From Octopus bimaculoides (taxonomy: Eukaryota): a stretch of DNA of 64,000 bases. The notes under the pieces are model-generated. The model had not been told where the DNA came from. It searched no databases and saw only the letters and a list, made by a program, of their open reading frames with translations. The stretch covers positions 69,254,227 through 69,318,226 of the forward strand of contig NC_068991.1 in assembly GCF_001194135.2 (NCBI RefSeq), written 5' to 3'. This document shows positions 25,568-37,623 of this stretch, in pieces. The position numbers and the translations under genes were made by a program. Each line of letters opens with the position of its first letter. Position 1 is the stretch's first letter.

Positions 25568-27241
25568 GATGAATAGCTTCTCTTAATAGAATGTTTGGTG
25601 TCAATGTCGGACCAATGGTTTCTTACTGACTCTTTGCAGTTATTGAACCGCAGATTGTTTGCCTTGCAAGTATGGCTCCTATGTCAGGCTTATTCAAATT
25701 GCAGTTGAATACTTGCAAAGATTCATCATGAATCACTTACAACACCTATCATTCATTACACACACATTCACATACCCATATACAAAGATATATAAGTATA
25801 TGTTCCTCTCTCTTTCCCTACACACACATACACACATATAGGTATATATATANNNNNNNNNNNNNNNNNNNNNNNNNNNNNNNNNNNNNNNNNNNNNNNN
25901 NNNNNNNNNNNNNNNNNNNNNNNNNNNNNNNNNNNNNNNNNNNNNNNNNNNNNNNNNNNNNNNNNNNNNNNNNNNNNNNNNNNNNNNNNNNNNNNNNNNN
26001 NNNNNNNNNNNNNNNNNNNNNNNNNNNNNNNNNNNNNNNNNNNNNNNNNNNNNNNNNNNNNNNNNNNNNNNNNNNNNNNNNNNNNNNNNNNNNNNNNNNN
26101 NNNNNNNNNNNNNNNNNNNNNNNNNNNNNNNNNNNNNNNNNNNNNNNNNNNNNNNNNNNNNNNNNNNNNNNNNNNNNNNNNNNNNNNNNNNNNNNNNNNN
26201 NNNNNNNNNNNNNNNNNNNNNNNNNNNNNNNNNNNNNNNNNNNNNNNNNNNNNNNNNNNNNNNNNNNNNNNNNNNNNNNNNNNNNNNNNNNNNNNNNNNN
26301 NNNNNNNNNNNNNNNNNNNNNNNNNNNNNNNNNNNNNNNNNNNNNNNNNNNNNNNNNNNNNNNNNNNNNNNNNNNNNNNNNNNNNNNNNNNNNNNNNNNN
26401 NNNNNNNNNNNNNNNNNNNNNNNNNNNNNNNNNNNNNNNNNNNNNNNNNNNNNNNNNNNNNNNNNNNNNNNNNNNNNNNNNNNNNNNNNNNNNNNNNNNN
26501 NNNNNNNNNNNNNNNNNNNNNNNNNNNNNNNNNNNNNNNNNNNNNNNNNNNNNATATATATACGCACATTTATGTATTTGAATGAAGACGTACGTTTATA
26601 ACGATGGAATACAAAAAGCTGTATGAAACTTCATAGGTTGAACACATAGATTCTATACGCAGCAAGTAATTTCTCTCAATTTTTATCAGCAAACAACAAA
26701 ACAAACCACACATCAAACCACATCACACTTCTATATTTATGCACACATACCTACACAAATTCACGCTTCGCCCACAAACAAATATTTCATGTCGCAATGA
26801 AGGACAAATATTATTTAGAGTTTGCAATACGTTATACGACATTGCTGTTTAGGGGGTATTTTTTGATGTCGCTATTACTGGTTCTCAATAATATGCTATT
26901 CAAACACCATACACTCCTATCTACTCTCCACATTTTTTTTTTATATTCTCTATCATATTCTACCCTCTTCTTCTATTCTAATCTATTCTATTTTATTCTA
27001 TTCAATTACACTTTCTTTACGCATGCTTTAAAAAATGCTACGAATATTAATCAATATGGTCGCATTACATCCAAACTCACTACGCATTAACTACAAGGTC
27101 ATTGCGCTTACGTCACTTCCTGAACAGAATTAAAAGCTTGTTAGCAAAACTTTTTCCCCATTGATTATTTAAAAACTCACGCAGACACACGCATTCAATT
27201 CATACATACATTCATGCATACATATCCATTTATATATGCCT

Positions 27242-27296
<55 letters not shown>

Positions 27297-28289
27297 TATG
27301 TATATGTATATGTATATGTATATATATGTTGTTATTTATTTATTTATATACTTCTCTATTTTCTTCTCCAATAAAATAAAGAAGACACTCACTCTACAGA
27401 GCCATTAACCGATTATCAGAAAATAGCCGTGCTAGGTTCGCCTTCAGGACAGCTACCTTAAAATACACTTAAAACCGCAAATATGCATTCTGAATTCTTA
27501 TTTTTCCGTTGGAAGGTTCAAATTGCATCAGAAATCAACTTGCAGAAGTAAACTGATTCATGAGAGGTGTGTATTTTTAAATTTCTCTTTTATATTTTTG
27601 TACACGCATTTTTTATTTTTTTTATTTCTAATTTTTCTTTCTCATATTTTCTATCTTTTTTTTTCTCCCCCCCCCCCCGTTTAGTCTTCCATATTTTTTT
27701 CATAACCTGCTGTTATGCTGTGTATCCGTTTCTTTCTACTCTTCTTTCTTGCGTTATAATTTCTTTTCATTTTTTTCTTCTTCTTTTTCTTCTCTCTGTC
27801 AGTCTGCAGTTCTCATTCGCTCCATTGCATTCACTCACTCCTTTACCCTACATATACTTCAATCTCCTTCCTTCCTTCCTTCTTTCTTTCTCTCTCCATT
27901 TCTCCTCACACCACTCCCAGTTTCCTTTCTCCACTCCGACACCACTACCTCAGATAAATCACCTTGGATATCCACGAGCGTCTTAGCATCATGTTCGATG
28001 CGGCATTCTTTTTGCCTTACCATCTCCTGGTGCTGTGGTTCTTGTTATTGTGTTGTTGTTGGTGTTGTTGTTGCTGTTGTTCGCGCTGATGCTAGTCATT
28101 GTGTACCTTGTGATCATGTGTGTGTATATGTATATACATATACATGTATATATGTATGTATATACATACACGCAGATATGTATATGTATACACGCATATT
28201 CATACATATATACATACATATATATATATATACACATACATGTATATATACATATATATATATACATATACATATATATATATGCATAC

Positions 28290-28366
<77 letters not shown>

Positions 28367-28798
28367 NNNNNNNNNNNNNNNNNNNNNNNNNNNNNNNNNN
28401 NNNNNNNNNNNNNNNNNNNNNNNNNNNNNNNNNNNNNNNNNNNNNNNNNNNNNNNNNNNNNNNNNNNNNNNNNNNNNNNNNNNNNNNNNNNNNNNNNNNN
28501 NNNNNNNNNNNNNNNNNNNNNNNNNNNNNNNNNNNNNNNNNNNNNNNNNNNNNNNNNNNNNNNNNNNNNNNNNNNNNNNNNNNNNNNNNNNNNNNNNNNN
28601 NNNNNNNNNNNNNNNNNNNNNNNNNNNNNNNNNNNNNNNNNNNNNNNNNNNNNNNNNNNNNNNNNNNNNNNNNNNNNNNNNNNNNNNNNNNNNNNNNNNN
28701 NNNNNNNNNNNNNNNNNNNNNNNNNNNNNNNNNNNNNNNNNNNNNNNNNNNNNNNNNNNNNNNNNNNNNNNNNNNNNNNNNNNNNNNNNNNNNNNNNN

Positions 28799-29010
28799 GA
28801 AACACCGTCATCGCCAATGTCAAACCCACCACCACCACAACCACCACCACCACCACCACCACCACAACCACCACCACCACCACCACAACCAACACCACCA
28901 CCACAACCATTCAGTACCACCAATGACGTTACTAACGCAATCATCATCATCATCCTCACCTACACTATCCCTACCAACACCATAATCATAGCCTCAACAA
29001 CAACAACCGC
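28799..29010. repeat. (CCA/CAA)n-rich low-complexity tract
   Basis: accaccacaaccaccaccac... units directly visible. Confidence 0.9.
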
Positions 29011-29678
29011 CCTCACCACAACCAACACCGCCGTCGGTAACATCTTCACTACTTTGAAGCTCTTTAAAGCCCGCCCTTCACACCAAAAACTTCACAATTC
29101 CGTAATCGATATTAAACCTAGTTCTACCATCATAACAACCAACAAGAATAGCTTACCATTTATACATGCAAGTACTGCATATGGAAGAACTGTAACCTGT
29201 TTCTCCACTAACAACAACGACAACAACAACACTATGCGATGAGCCAGCAACGGTTCAATACATGGTGGAAGAACCTGCTAGAAATAGTAGCCAAGTAGCC
29301 CACAGATCATACATACAGCAGCATCTAGAAACGAAAGTAGGTGCTCATCGTTATGAATTGAGTGCAATTTTATCATAAGTCTCTTAGATCAACTTTTGTT
29401 TATCATTAACTACAATAACAACAACAACAACGATACAAGATGGTTGATGATGAAGACATCCACAGCGTCGACCACAGAAATGGCATTAATAAGACAGCAA
29501 AGAATTAAAAGTCACTTCGCTATTAATAAGATCACTAACAATCAATACATCTGAATCGGAAGCTCAGTGGAGTAGTTAGTCGCGTTACTTAATCTATAGC
29601 CACAAAGGGAGAGAGGGAGAGAGAGAAGGTGGGGATAAAGGTGGGGATGAGGGTGAGGGAATGGGTAGACGAAGATGA

Positions 29679-29719
<41 letters not shown>

Positions 29720-29786
29720 AAGTGAAAGTCGCTTCGACCCCGGCGCTAGTTCAAGTAATGCGTAAAGACGCGTGCTTAAATATTGA

Positions 29787-30952
29787 TTTCTAGTACAGGC
29801 ACAATGCCATGAATTCGGGGAAGGGAACAGTCGATTAGATCAACCCCCATGACTAGAATGGCACTAAATTTATCGACTCAGAGAGTAAAAAAAAAAAAAA
29901 TAAAAAAAAAATTCGAAGTGAACCATAGTAGTATTTGAACTTGGGACGCACCGGAATGAAACTTAACAACAAGAATAGTTTCATATGAAAAGTTTCCTGT
30001 TTCTCCATCGGACGTCATATTAATAGACACGCGCATGCGTCCACACATGCATACACAACCATTAGTATGTTCTGCATTAACCAGAGAACCATATTTTAAA
30101 AAAATCTTTTTGTGTCGAAAGGTTCGTCGATTATAACCAATTATATTTAACAACTTGACTGGTATTTATTTTATCGACCGTGAATGGATGAGAGACAAAG
30201 TTGACATCGGTCGGATTTGAACTTGAAGATCCAAAAAAAGCAAATGTTGTTAAAGATATTCTCCGAGGAGAGAACGATTGTGCCAGCCCGCTGCCTTTTA
30301 CTTTTTTAACAAAGCTTTCTAAAATAGGGTGAGAGAAATAGTCAATTATATCCGTCTCTGTGCTCCTCTGGTGTTCATTTGATCTAACCGAGCGGTAAAG
30401 GACAAAGTAAGCCGGCCTCAGCGGTATTTCAACTCTGAATATAATGACGGACGAAAAATCGTTAATCATTTTGTCCGGTGTGCAAACGATTTTGTCCGCT
30501 CGCCGGCTGTGCTGCTTTTTAATAAAGAGGATTTCATATTTTAGTACAGGGACAGCAATTTTGGGAGGAAGGGAATTCGATTACACAGACCCCTGTTATC
30601 AACTGGTACATATTTTATTCACTCCATGATTATGAAAGGTAAAAATCGATTTTGAAGGCATTTGAGTGCTGGAGGAAATGCCGCATTTTGTTCGACGCAC
30701 TACATATTCAGCACGCCCACCCCTGTTCTCAGGATTAGCAATAACGGTGTCAAATTTTGATGCGTGGCCGATAGTTTTAATGGGAGGATTTTTCTTGATT
30801 ATTTGACTGATACTTAATTTTATCGACTCCGAAAGGATGAAGGGCAAAGTTGACATCTTCAGGATTTGTTCTTAGAACATAAAGATCTGGAGCAAACGAA
30901 GCAAGGCCTTCTGTTTTTTCAGTGCTCTAATGAATCTGTTTGCTTACCGCCT
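29787..30952 (-). mobile_element. Head-to-tail run of five degenerate family B SINE pieces (about 29787-29885, 30153-30296, 30368-30505, 30541-30711, 30746-30952)
   Basis: Most pieces carry a variant of actggtacttattttatcgacc..gaaaggatgaaaggcaaagtcgacctcggcggaatttgaac and/or the head end gattctgccagctcgccgcc on the + strand; the first piece is a 3' end only. Confidence 0.75.
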
Positions 30953-31285
30953 GACGTTTTGGCAGATAACCAGCAATTTTGACGCTGGAATTTGAGTGAT
31001 ACTCTAATTTAACGACACTCGCAATAGGTATGAAAAAGCTCGCCGGCTGTTTGTCTACAAATGTTTTGCACTTTTGCCCCCACATATGGTTTTTGCAACA
31101 TCTACCCTATAACGTTATCAATCGTTAGATGGATTTCTAAAATCTATATGCATTGAGTTATTCAATACCTTTGAGAAAAGGAAAAATAATAAACATAGGA
31201 CCAATAATAGGACACATTACTCTTTCAAAATACTTGGTTTTAATTTATCAAGTTAAATGGGACTCGCGGAGAGTGAGAAGTATCT

Positions 31286-31486
31286 CGGGCAAAATGCTTA
31301 GCGGTATTTCGTCTGCCGTTACGTTCTGAGTTCAAATTCTGCCGAGGTTGACTTTGCCTTTCATCCTTTCGAGTCGATTAAATAAGTAACACTTAGGCAC
31401 TGAAGTCGATGTAATCGACTTAATCCATTTGTCTATGCGTGTTTGTCCCCTCTATGTTTATCCTCCTGTAGGCAATTATAAATAAA
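31286..31486 (+). mobile_element. SINE family B, well preserved
   Basis: gcaaaatgcttagcggtatttcg...gttctgagttcaaattctgccgaggttgactttgcctttcatcctttcgagtcgattaaataagt...gtcgatgtaatcgact...tttgtcccctctatgttta. The B-box-like GAGTTCAAATTC is followed by a central domain resembling Meta/Sauria-type SINE domains (from recall). Confidence 0.88.
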
Positions 31487-31639
31487 TATTATGAAAAGAA
31501 ATTAGAAGTTAATATATTAACATATGTTATGCCTAAATAATGTGCTTGGTTATTTTGATTTGAAAGAATATAAGATAAGATTAAAATATCCCGCAGATAT
31601 GTGTAGTTGAAATAATTACCTATACTGAGGTATAATATC

Positions 31640-31852
31640 GGTTTCAAAATTGGCCACAACGCCAGTAATTTATAGGGAAGTCGCAAGTCGATTTCATAGA
31701 ACTTGGTGTTCAACTGGCACTTTTTTTATCGACCACGAAATGATGAAAGGTAACGTCGACCTCGGCGGAATGTGAACTCAGAACGCAAAGACAGACGAAC
31801 TGCCGCGATACATTTTGCCCGGCGCAGTGGCGATTCTGTCAGCTAGCTGCCT
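31640..31852 (-). mobile_element. SINE family B, near full length
   Basis: Reverse complement of the 31286 copy across the core (ttatcgacc...gatgaaaggtaacgtcgacctcggcggaatgtgaactcagaacg...cattttgcccggcg...gattctgtcagctagctgcc). Confidence 0.88.
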
Positions 31853-32464
31853 CCCACTGAACTGTGATATCAACCACTGATTATTAAAAGCGATCCCTAG
31901 ATTTCCTTCACGTCAACTATATATTCTTGTATGCAACACTCACGTATCATATATGTAGTAGCATGAATTGCTTTCGAACTGAAACTAGTTATTTGTTCTC
32001 TTTTTCTGTTCATGATATTTCCATGGTCAATTTGATATTTTGAGGCCGGTTGGAAGAAATTTTCTTTTCAGTGTAACCGCAATATTAAACTAATGTTTCT
32101 ATCAGATTTTCAAATTTAAATAATTTGAATTTTATTTTTTAAATAAATATTTCTTCACAAATAACCTTTATAAATATTTAATTTCAACTACCTGTCTTAA
32201 GTGATCCATCCCCTTTTATACATTTCTTTTGTGTCATAAAATCTTTATTTCTTTTTTTACATTTTTCTTTTATTAAATCCATGCTGATATTCATTCCAGA
32301 ATACAAGGATTGACTTCATATATTATATTTTTTTCAAAGCTATCCAAATATAAAGAATGACATTTCGTTTAGTTGCTCCTATTCAATGGGTTCGTTTTCA
32401 AGATATTTCAATATAGAAATAAAAGAACGGAAAAAAAAATATTATGACAAAAGAAATAAGAAAA

Positions 32465-32502
<38 letters not shown>

Positions 32503-32807
32503 TTATTATTAATAATAATAATAATAACAGCAACATTAATAATGCAAAAAAATAAATAAAGGAAATATAAAAAGAAAGAGACAATCGTAGACGATTACTA
32601 TAATTACATGAAAACATCTTGTGTGATGTGGTGGTAATTAAACTAAAATGCCAGTAAATGTCTCCAATTTTACATGGGAATGCTGTACCAAAGCTCCAAG
32701 ACAAAAGATAAAAAGCTCGACATGACATTCATGTTGGTTGGAATTCCATCTACATTATATCGTGTCTCTCAGTGTGTAATCCACCTATTGAGGAAGACAG
32801 AATGATA

Positions 32808-32863
<56 letters not shown>

Positions 32864-33079
32864 GGTATGAAGAATGTAATACACATAGATATATATCATC
32901 TCATATATATACATACACCTTTCTACACCCGTTTACAACCACATACTCATGTCATCATATGTACCAACCCACATCTACTCAAACAACGAAGTGAACATAC
33001 ACATATAAATATATATTTATGCATATATATGTATGTATATGTATATATACCTGTATATATATATATGTGTGTGCAAATA

Positions 33080-33117
<38 letters not shown>

Positions 33118-33285
33118 AACACACATATATATATATACGTGTATATATATATTAACATATCTATAATATGCATATATACACAATATATATATGCGTACTT
33201 CTTTAAATATGCATACAAGTGTACGTATGTGCATGATTTTAAGACGTGTGTGTAGTTGTGTATATGAGAGAGAGTGAGTATGTAT

Positions 33286-33321
<36 letters not shown>

Positions 33322-33904
33322 GTGTGCGTGCGCGCGTGTGTATGCTGATGTGTTTGAATGCAGAAGCTTTTATATCGTAATTCAATAAACATTTCATATT
33401 TTTTTCAATATTTACTTGTGATTTCGTATACTTAAAAAAAAAATTGTCTTATACGATTTTTTAAATTTTGTGGTTGAAAGATATTAAAAGATGGATTTTG
33501 TTAACATAGAGATGATGTTTTAGATTTAAGTGACTTTATCAGCAAGATGCCTTAGATATGTATGAAGAGTGTAACGATAGGAAAGCTGAATCATATTGCA
33601 AGAATTTCAGAGATAAAGTAACTATTGTAAAGTTCTATTGTGTACTCCAAGAGTGAGACACCACTCTATGCACTGTTGTAGTTAAACAAAACAGTAGTAA
33701 CCGATATCAGAACGTTATTAGCACCTCTTCAGTCACTCCATTCCCCCTATTTTAGTGCTACAGTAAAAGGAAATTTCCTGAAGCATTTATATTAATTTTA
33801 CCTGACGATTGGACCTTGTCCACAAGAACGTAACAAAAGCGTGAATAATGCTATTTAACCCAGCGAATTTCCTTTTCAATTTGAGGTTGGGTGTACCTTT
33901 TGTC

Positions 33905-34343
33905 TTTAACTTGTTTCAGTCATTAGGTTTAGGTCATGCTGGAGCACCGCCTTGAATAAGTTTTAGTCGATTGACGGTATTTCATTACGTATGATACTTA
34001 TTCTATCGGTATTTTTTGCGATCCGCTACACACCAATTTTAACGCACCAACACCGACTGTCAGACGGTGGTGGGGGACAAACACAAACACAAAGACACAC
34101 ATAGATGCAAACACACAGACACATACATACACAAAGATACACACGCACACGCACCCATATACATACACAAACACATACACACACATACGGCGGAGACGAG
34201 CTTCTTTCAATTTCCGTCTACCACATTTACTCACAAAGCTTTGATCAGCACGAGGCTATAACAGAAGTTAGTTGCCCAAAGTTCCACGCAGGGGGAGTGA
34301 ACCCGGAACCATGTGGTTGTGAAGTGAGTTTCTTACCACACAG
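33905..34343 (-). mobile_element. SINE family A, older full-length copy with expanded internal (CA)-rich tract
   Basis: Tail cttgtttcagtcatt...catgctggagcaccgcc, a CA-rich insert of about 110 bp, and head gaacccggaaccatgtgg...cttaccacacag. Confidence 0.85.
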
Positions 34344-34399
34344 TTTCGGTTTCAGTACCTCCTGCGCCACTACTCGTCAAATCCCTTTTACTATATATC

Positions 34400-34535
34400 C
34401 GTGCCGACAAATGCCTTCTAAGGAAAATTTTGAGTTCAGATTCGGCCGAAGAACCTGTGAAAGAACTCGCGGTGCTTCAGCATGGCCGCAGTCAAATGAC
34501 TTATACAAATATAAGTATAAAAGAATAAAAAAAAA
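34400..34535 (+). mobile_element. SINE fragment: family-B-like head remnant joined to family-A tail
   Basis: ttttgagttcagattcggccgaag resembles the family B B-box region (ttctgagttcaaattctgccgagg). It is followed by gcggtgcttcagcatggccgcagtcaaatgac and an A-rich tail. Confidence 0.55.
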
Positions 34536-35101
34536 ATAATAAAGTAAATACCAGACTTTAAAACAAGAAGAAGAACTGGATTCGAGTTGTTTAACTAAAC
34601 CTGAATATAAGTAAAAGTTAACAGATATTCTGCGAGTATTCTGTACAGAACTGGAGTAATTTATTTTTAAAACGTATTGTTAGCACTTCGAATTGTCCGC
34701 GTCACCTTCGTTAGTTTTATGTTGCTTTATATTGTTATTATACCCAGTTCATTCACCTGTTGACTTTTACTATAAAAACGCTTCTTAGGCAACATAATAA
34801 CATTAGAATTAAATTATTGTTGTTAAGAAACCTTGCAGCGCACCCTAAGAAAGATATAAATAATAGTAAAGTATAGAAGACAGAAATGTATTTAGAAGAA
34901 AAAAAAAAGGAAAAAAAAAAAGGAAAAAAAGGAAAACTCATCAGCTTTGAATTAATTAATTTCGAGACATCCCTCGAGATTGTTCGTGACAATCTAACGT
35001 ATCGCGAGACGCAGTTTGGAAAAGCATGGCTCTATATTCTTCCGAACACAATGATACCTATGTACATTCACACACACAGAATCACATATTTATAAATAAT
35101 A

Positions 35102-35138
<37 letters not shown>

Positions 35139-35450
35139 NNNNNNNNNNNNNNNNNNNNNNNNNNNNNNNNNNNNNNNNNNNNNNNNNNNNNNNNNNNNNN
35201 NNNNNNNNNNNNNNNNNNNNNNNNNNNNNNNNNNNNNNNNNNNNNNNNNNNNNNNNNNNNNNNNNNNNNNNNNNNNNNNNNNNNNNNNNNNNNNNNNNNN
35301 NNNNNNNNNNNNNNNNNNNNNNNNNNNNNNNNNNNNNNNNNNNNNNNNNNNNNNNNNNNNNNNNNNNNNNNNNNNNNNNNNNNNNNNNNNNNNNNNNNNN
35401 NNNNNNNNNNNNNNNNNNNNNNNNNNNNNNNNNNNNNNNNNNNNNNNNNN

Positions 35451-35495
<45 letters not shown>

Positions 35496-35677
35496 ATATA
35501 TATATGTATATATACGTATATGTATATACGTATACATATATAATATATATATTTATGTGTGTATACATACAAGCTTATATATGTATGTATGTAGAAACAA
35601 ATATGCATACATCCATACAACCCCCAAACACGCAAATCTAAATACACGTTAACACGCAAACTTATACAGACAGACAG

Positions 35678-35711
<34 letters not shown>

Positions 35712-36772
35712 ATACACTCAAACATGCGCGTGCGCAGATACATGTTTGGGAACAATGTGATTTCTAGTTCGACGCAACTGCTCAGCAATTTCCTTCTAAC
35801 CCATTGTGTTATGTGTATATTACATCATGTCTTTCGTTGCAACACCGAATGCGTAAACTTACGCGATCAGTTGATGGATAAGTTAGAATTCCTAAATACG
35901 TGACAATTGAAATATATTCGAGAACTCTCTCAAGTTAGTGAGTGTTTCTTAGATGCGAAATAGCATTTCCATAATTTTGATATTTCTCAGATGCGCAAGC
36001 CGCAAGAACAATTCCGAGTGAGTTGAGCTTTCTACGATATATTAGAATTCAGATATACAAGTATTGCTTGATGTACGACAAACTCTCACGTTTACGAGTG
36101 TAAAGGATTTTGTAAAACTACTGGACATTTCGCCAAACAGTCAAGATTCCCAGATAAATGAGGAGACATATGTTCTTTCTGACCACAAACCTGTCTATAT
36201 TTACCAGATAGGCGTGTTTTCCGAAATACGTATCCTCTTTGATGAACGAGAATATTCAAACGAGTAATTATAGCCGGTTATCTGAGCATTACGAAGGATA
36301 TGTTATGTTCTAGGTTTATTCGGATGACAAATTGAAGTCAAACGAATTGTTACAATTATCTCCGTTGTCTAACAACTGGAAGAAATGAATAACGAGTCTG
36401 CTTCTCACTAAGCGAAACTGAAATATATAATATGGAAATATATCTTTATTTTCACCAGAGGATATGTTTCTCCTATCTTAGAGACATAAAGTCATGCGTA
36501 TATATTACGCAAACACGTAGATACACACACAAACGCTCACGTACAGGCCCTTACGCAGAGATGCTCAAAGAGAGGCACTCTGGCAGACATAAAAATGCAT
36601 TTCTCATGCTACAAATTACGTTATATTTGAATAGGCATTGTCTTGCGTTGAGGGTCTCCGGTCTACGATCGTTATAACATCGGACACTAGATCTGATGGA
36701 ACAAAATACGAAAAGAAATTCACAGATGATCTCAAAATTATAAGTTTCACGAAAAGTTATTTGATCCTTGGA

Positions 36773-36847
<75 letters not shown>
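36773..36847. repeat. (TAA)n microsatellite, left flank of the R4/Dong-like insertion
   Basis: About 25 perfect TAA units read directly from the sequence. Confidence 0.98.
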
Positions 36848-36854
36848 TGAATAA

Positions 36855-37537
36855 AACAACAGAATAGACAACACAGCAGAAAGTGTTAAGTGCAGAATCT
36901 GTGGACAAAACGGTGAAACCGTAAGGCATATTACCAGCCAATATACGCCACTAGCCCAGAAGGAACATAAGTGACGCCACGACAATATAGCCAAGCTTGT
37001 CCATTGGACCCTCTGCAACAAGTATGGACTTGACAGAGCCAAAAATTGGTACGACCACAGACCTGAAGGCATCGTCGAAAATAGAAATGCAAAGATCCTA
37101 TGGGATTTTATGATTCCCTGCCACCATGAGATAGAGAATAGGAAACCGGACATAGTCTTAATTGAGAAAGAAAACAAACGATGTTGGATCATAGATATAG
37201 CATTCCCAGCTGACAACAAGGTATGCGATAAGGAAGAAAGAAAAGTCGAGAGATATGACATGTTAGCTTGGGAGGTTGAGAAGTTGTGATCGCTGAAAAA
37301 GATGGTTGTAGTGCCAATAATTCTCGGAGCCCTAGGAACAGTGAGCAAAAATCTTGAGAAGTACGTGGAACAAATAGGGGCTGCAATAAGGGTGGAGCAC
37401 TTGCAGAAAACAGCACTGCTTGGAACCGCTCAAATACTCCGGAAGGTGCTCGAAAAATAAGAGGTGTTACCTTAGTTCACTGGTAGTGAACAGCTGACAC
37501 TGTAGTACATCTCCAGCGTTAGAAACTGTGCAAAGGC
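36855..37537 (+). mobile_element. 5'-truncated non-LTR retrotransposon with restriction-like endonuclease (R4/Dong-like): C-terminal ORF remnant plus 3' UTR
   Basis: Hand translation of 36855-37460 (+): ...VKCRICGQNGETVRHITSQY(C->Y)TPLAQKEHK*RHDNIAKLVHWTLCNKYG...WYDHRPEGIVENRNAKILWDFMIPCHHEIENRKPDIVLIEKENKRCWIIDIAFPADNKVCDKEERKVERY...VVVPIILGALGTVSKNLEKY...LQKTALLGTAQILRKVLEK*. This contains a CCHC knuckle remnant, the RHD motif and a PD..D endonuclease motif. In-frame stops at 36972-36974 and 37287-37289; no frameshift. Flanked on both sides by (TAA)n. Confidence 0.92.

Positions 37538-37623
<86 letters not shown>
37538..37623. repeat. (TAA)n microsatellite between the R4/Dong-like 3' end and the RTE 3' end
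   Basis: About 28 TAA units with one interruption (aatactaat). Confidence 0.98.

Noticed and set aside
36046-36267. 73-codon + ORF (…LLDVRQTLTFTSVKDFVKLLDISP…) and a nearby LRR-like peptide TIPSELSFL
   Set aside because: No repeated LRR pattern, a weak acceptor, and implied flanking introns of only 35-50 nt; compatible with chance.
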